Of a stretch of DNA of 64,000 bases, positions 58,230-64,000 are shown one piece after another. The notes below the pieces were generated by a model. The model did not search any database. It was not told where the DNA came from and worked only from the letters and a program-made list of their open reading frames with translations. The DNA comes from Octopus vulgaris (lineage: Eukaryota): contig OX597833.1 in the NCBI GenBank assembly GCA_951406725.2, positions 36,146,001 to 36,210,000 on the forward strand. The letters run 5' to 3'. How positions within the stretch are numbered: the stretch's first letter is position 1; each line of letters opens with the position of its first letter. A program made the position numbers and the translations under genes.

Positions 58230-58744
58230 TCATGCGCAAGCATATATACATGCATGTGTACCCATTTTCTTTTTATTTGCCGAGTTGACTGTCATTAATG
58301 ATTCTCAGTTACGCATGAATGAATGCGTGTAGTCATGCATGAATATATCCATAAAAATCACGCCTCGATGAATGCATAATGTCGTGCATGATATCCGACA
58401 GACACGGACACATACATACACTCTCAGTCCCACATAGGCCCACACAGACACAGACACACACACACATACACACACAAACACACATAAACATGCCAACACG
58501 CGCACAGGCACATACACCTACGCGCACACATGCAAGCACTCACATAAATACGCATGCATGCAAACTCTCTCTATCGCACACGCAGAGACACGCACGCGCG
58601 CACACACACACATACACGCACACGCACAAAGGCAGTCGGACACATACATATATCAAATATAAATATGTGCGTGCGCACAACCCCTACACACCCACGCATA
58701 TTTACATGCATTCATAGTTGTTTACATACGTATATACACCTGCT

Positions 58745-58776
<32 letters not shown>

Positions 58777-58786
58777 CATACATATG

Positions 58787-58888
<102 letters not shown>

Positions 58889-58932
58889 CATATATATATA
58901 TACATGTATGTCTATACATATTTATTTATATA

Positions 58933-58981
<49 letters not shown>

Positions 58982-58992
58982 GCATAAATACA

Positions 58993-59390
58993 TAGGAGTG
59001 GCTGTGTGGTAAGTAGCTTGCTTACGAACCACACGGTTCCGGGTTCAGTCCCACTGCGTGACACCTTGGGCAAGTGTCTTCTACTATAGTCTCGGGCCGA
59101 CCAAAGCCTTGTGAGTGGATTTGGTAGACGGAAACTGAAAGAAGCCCGTCGTATATATGTATATATATGCGTGTGTGTGTTTGTGTGTTTGTGTTTGTCC
59201 CCCTAGCATTGCATGACAACCGATGCTGGTGTGTTTATGTCCCCGTTACCTAGCGGTTCGGCAAAACAGACCGATATAATAAGTACTGGGCTTACAAAAG
59301 AATAAGTCCCGGGTTCGAGTTGCTCGATTAAAGGCGGTGCTCCAGCATGCCCGCAGTCAAATGACTGAAACAAGTAAAAGAGCAAAAAAA
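58993..59390 (+). mobile_element. SINE family A, full length
   Basis: GGAGTGGCTGTGTGGTAAGTAGC...GAAACAAGTAAAAGAG. Confidence 0.92.
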
Positions 59391-59394
59391 AAGA

Positions 59395-59450
<56 letters not shown>

Positions 59451-59662
59451 ATAAATACATATATATATATATGCACATCCTCAGGTATAGCGTGAACATA
59501 GGTGCATGTATCCGTGTAGATGTGTCTGAGGGTAACACAAACAGACAGTAGGGTTAGAGACAATAGTCATGCGCATAAAAATAAACAGATGTGTGCTTCT
59601 GTGTGTATGTGTGTGTATGAGAGAGAGTGCGTAGCTATGTGTATGTATATGTTAGAGTGTAT

Positions 59663-59714
<52 letters not shown>

Positions 59715-60100
59715 ATATTTATATATGTATATACACACGCACACAAATACACACATGTAAATATACATACACACACACACACACACACACATACACATGC
59801 ACACACATATGTATACGACGGGCTTCTTTCTGTTTCCGTCAGTTAATTGCACTCACGTGACTGTCATCGGCCTGTGGCTATTGTATAAGACACTTGCCCA
59901 GGGAGCATTGCATTAGGACTAAACACGAAACCCTGTGGCGATGAGGAAAGCTTCTAAACACACAATCACGCCGGTATATATATATATATATATATATACA
60001 TACATATATATATATATATATATACATACATATATATATATGTGTGTGTGTGTATGTATGCATTTATGTATACACACACACATATATCATATATATATAC

Positions 60101-60217
<117 letters not shown>

Positions 60218-60478
60218 TATATATATATATATATATACATATATTATATGCACGTACATATATCCGACGCTTTTAAATATGCATTTATCTGGATAATTGT
60301 TTTTACATCTAGGCTGGTTTCCTAAGTCGTGCAACATAAATATCCTGTAATTGAAATTAGTTTTTATGCTCTCGAATGTGAATGTTCTCCTTTTTCTTAA
60401 ACAGTGATGATTGGGTAGAAATAGTTGACTGTAAACTGTCTTCTTCAATATTTGAAACGAGGGACACGATAGGATACC

Positions 60479-60654
60479 TCAGCAAACTGTCACTATTTGA
60501 ATATCTCCGCGATTTTTTTTTTTAATTTTGATTTTTTTGCGGAAGCGAGCTTGGATAGTAGCAATAATAATGTTTTCTAACGTAAGCACATGTCTAGTAA
60601 TATAATCGCCCTCGATGCTCGGCTTGTGTTTCATTTGTTGACAATTCCTCAGTC
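60479..60654 (-). CDS. Candidate terminal coding exon with IQ-like motif
   Basis: Minus acceptor CTTCCTGTTTTCGCTTCTCTAG|, then open frame LRNCQQMKHKPSIEGDYITRHVLTLENIIIATIQARFRKKIKIKKKNRGDIQIVTVC*. Confidence 0.38.
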
Positions 60655-61216
60655 CTAGAGAAGCGAAAACAGGAAGTAGATTGCAGACTATAAAGGGACA
60701 TAACCAGCTATGCTGTGGATCTAATTTACTAAATTACGCAAGCCCGCCATATTGTTTATTTATTTCTAAAATTTGATACAAACGTGAGGGGTGGAGAGGC
60801 AACAATTGATTTGATTGATCTCAGTTGGTCATGTTTGCAATATTTTTAATCCTAGTCCTACTTGACCAGTGCTGACCTGAGGCTAAAATGACAGTAATTA
60901 TTTGCACAAACATATTAATGATGAAATTTCTAACTTGTCGTTAGAACTAGTTAACTATCCTACCCTACCATTCGAATAAGAGGGAAGTCGCATTGAACAA
61001 TAAAGAACATAATGTAGACAATGGTATTGTTGTTATTGACAAATATGTTACGATATGGTAGTATAGTGCTTCGTATATGCACTATGATAGTATTGTGCTG
61101 TTCTCTTCGTACTTTATAGCCTGTTCCGCAATACATGGGAATTGTCGGAGTTCCGTACTTAATCATCAAACCATTGTATATATGTATGTATGTATGTATG
61201 TTTGTGTGTATGTTTG

Positions 61217-61289
<73 letters not shown>

Positions 61290-61360
61290 ATATATGTATG
61301 TAAATACACACATACACAGAGAGAGAGAGAGGAGGATAGATAGATAAACCGATAGATATG

Positions 61361-61437
<77 letters not shown>

Positions 61438-61461
61438 GTTCATGTATATATATATATATGA

Positions 61462-62210
61462 AACCTTACATTTTGGTGTGAAGAAAAAAGATCCATCCGG
61501 CAAGCAGTGTGGAGCAATTCTTTACACTCCGAACCACATTTTCATTGGATTCTCTGGGGATTCTTTGAGAAATTCGATTCAAGTGGAGATATGACAAGGA
61601 TTTTGCAGAAATTGCCAACTGGATTGATCTGCAGAGTGAAGGCAAATATACACCAGCCACCACACCACCACCAAATGGTATCGAATTACAAAAGGACAAA
61701 CTTCCCAAGGCGAAAGCTTTGGAAGTGGGCCCGTTTTCTATTTTGTGATTTGCATAAGACTGGGAGGTACAAGTGGGCCTAAGGGGAAGACTTGTCTTTC
61801 CATAGGAGATAGTAGTCACATTACTCTCACCAGACATGTTCCTGCCCTTCAGGAATACAAAAACTATTATTGTGGTAGTACTCACAGTGCCCAAGGAGGA
61901 CAAACTCAATATTTCCCACCACCAAGTAAAAAAAAATCGAAATATCAGTATTTAGTCGACAAGGCCCTTTTCAAGAGCTGGCATACGGCCTCATTCCCCC
62001 TTGAAGTCGGCTCATTCCCCTTTGAAATATGGAACTTAGATAACTGAAGAAAGTCATCAAGGAGTAGGCATGGCAGTTGAAACTAGCTCAGGATGGCTAT
62101 GGAGGATAAGAGGCCGAAAGTGCAACCCTTCAGTAGATGAAGACGAGTTCAGTTCTCGCTCCTCTACTCAGGATAAGCGTACAGGTTAAAGGGCGAAACA
62201 CTGACGATAC
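61462..62210 (+). mobile_element. HERO/NeSL-like restriction-endonuclease non-LTR retrotransposon 3' fragment, decayed
   Basis: KWRYDKDFAEIA (WRHD-like); DWEVQVGLRGRLVFP*EIVVTLLSPDM..TKTIIVVVLTVPKE..KYQYL..FPLEVG; followed by (GGAT)n. Confidence 0.75.
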
Positions 62211-63015
62211 GGATGGATGGATGGATGGATGGATTGATGGATGGATGGATGGATGGAGGAATGGATGGATGGATATATGCATGTATATGTGTGGTATAGT
62301 TTGTTAATGTTATTTATGTATACATTATGATACTATAGTCATTGATATGTGTGTAGATGACGAAGGGGGAGGAGGAGGAGGGGGAGGACTTGCTCTGAGG
62401 CTGTTGCAGAATGAAGTACAGTTTATTTTCCCACTTTTACAATGTAAAAGAGACATTGTTGCTGATATGGTCTAGCTCCAAGTCAGTCGTCCTTGAACAA
62501 ACGTAGTTCGTACTTTTCACTGGTTCACAAGATTTCTAGAGACTGAGGGGAAGTGAGCTAAGCAAGAATGCGCGAACCCCAAATTAAAAGAAACATGATC
62601 AAATATATATCCCAGTCTTGATCAACTAGTTTTTTTTTATATTCCGAATTACGTTGTCCATTATGTCCCTTTTTAAAAACTAACGTGTTAGGGTAAAATA
62701 TGAAGAATTTTGGCTATTATTTTTAGCAGTTCTAGCAAACCGTATAGTGGTACCATTTGTAGCTTTTGAAAATGATGTTGCCTGTGAGAGGGTCAAATTG
62801 TCTTAAGTACCCGCCTACCTATTGTAATGAATTAGTAAATATTTATTCAATTGTTTTGAACAAAATAGTCGAGAGCATTTATAATTAATCGGGTTCAAAT
62901 TATGTAATTAACCTTAAAACACAATTACATGGCCTGGCATTGATCTCAACTCCACCGCGGATTAAGCTGTTGTTGTTGTCGTTGCTGCTGCTGCTGCTGC
63001 TGTTGTTGTTGTTGT

Positions 63016-63052
<37 letters not shown>

Positions 63053-63569
63053 GAGGAGGAGGAGGAGGAGGTCAATGGTAAGGGATAGTAGAAGAAAGAA
63101 TTGTGCTATGCATGATCACAATATCTGGGACAGAAAAAAGTCTGAGTAGATAAAGTATGACGAAAAGAAACTTCCTTAAAAACAAAATATTTCTTTTATA
63201 TTTCCACAGAGAAGCTGGCAAATCAAAGCAAAACCCTAATCACTAAGAAAATACATGTATGCATACATACATACATACATACATACATACATACATACAT
63301 ACATGGGGGAAATCAGCTTGTGTCCGAGAACCACTATTTCCTGGAAATCGACTGTAAATTTTAGCATAAATTTATTTGTTGATGATCACTTCTGAGATGG
63401 ATCTTTAGTTCAGCCAGGCAGCTCGTGTTACATGTTGTGTATTCCGTCTATTTCGACGGACTTTCTTTAGGTGACATGCTTTAAGATGGCATTTTAACCC
63501 ACCCTCACAACAACATGCTTTGCTACGTAGGTCACATGGAAAATCAGCTGAAGTATTATATTGTTTTCA

Positions 63570-64000
63570 GCACTAAGTGTAACTTAGCTTTGCAATTCTG
63601 TTTTTAAAAGCATACACGATCGCAGCCCTTGCATTGCAGGGACTATTTAGAGTTCCCACCTCTCTGTAACATCCATAGGTATCGCAGCATGCCTCAGCTG
63701 AGTATAAGCTGTGCATTTAGTCTCAAACTCTTCAATACTATTGGCAATCAGATATACTCACAGGCGCCTGTTCTGTCTATGACCTTGCCAGCTTTTGATA
63801 CCAATACTGGTTTTCTTCTTTGCATCTTTTATATAGTCTTTATATTTTTTCTTTGACTTACATTACAGGCACTCTTCTTCATTCAGCTCACATATAGTAC
63901 CTATTTTGGCAAAAGGCAATCCGACGGGCGTACAACATGATCACACTGCCAAAACCGTTTCATAACACTTGACAAATGAGTTTGTATCACTTCCGTATTT
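63570..64000 (-). mobile_element. RTE-clade LINE 3' fragment, decayed, runs off window
   Basis: Minus remnants HVVR..LPK and KSKKKYKDYIKDAKKKTSIGIKSW..IANSIEEFE, typical of the RTE C-terminus. Confidence 0.65.

Noticed and set aside
62940-63150. Poly-P/H/Q (minus) or poly-D/E (plus) triplet run with nearby splice-like sites
   Set aside because: The P/H/Q frame is bounded by stops, all three frames close soon after the minus acceptor, and there is no plus-strand acceptor; treated as compound microsatellite

Overview
AT-rich eukaryotic DNA dominated by microsatellites ((TA)n, (CA)n, (TATG)n, (GATA)n, (TAA)n, (GAT)n) and transposable-element debris. The SINE families and simple-repeat load resemble an octopus (coleoid cephalopod) genome; this is inference from recall, not a search. 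Nearly all listed ORFs are microsatellite read-throughs, and no complete host gene can be supported. Recognisable elements are: two Tx1/L1-like LINE 3' ends in (GATA)n; two R4/Dong-type and one HERO-like restriction-endonuclease LINE fragments; a decayed Penelope-like element (PLE) inside long inverted repeats; decayed CR1-like and RTE LINEs; Tc1/mariner remnants; a probable solo LTR; foldback/MITE-like elements; and three tRNA-type SINE families. The most interesting signals are: (i) retroelements that each appear to sit in a different microsatellite type; (ii) minimal hammerhead-ribozyme motifs with non-canonical cores in short (TA)n-embedded modules and in a retrozyme-like direct repeat; (iii) two isolated candidate host exons (40591-40721 +, 60654-60479 -). 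Boundaries of decayed repeats are approximate.
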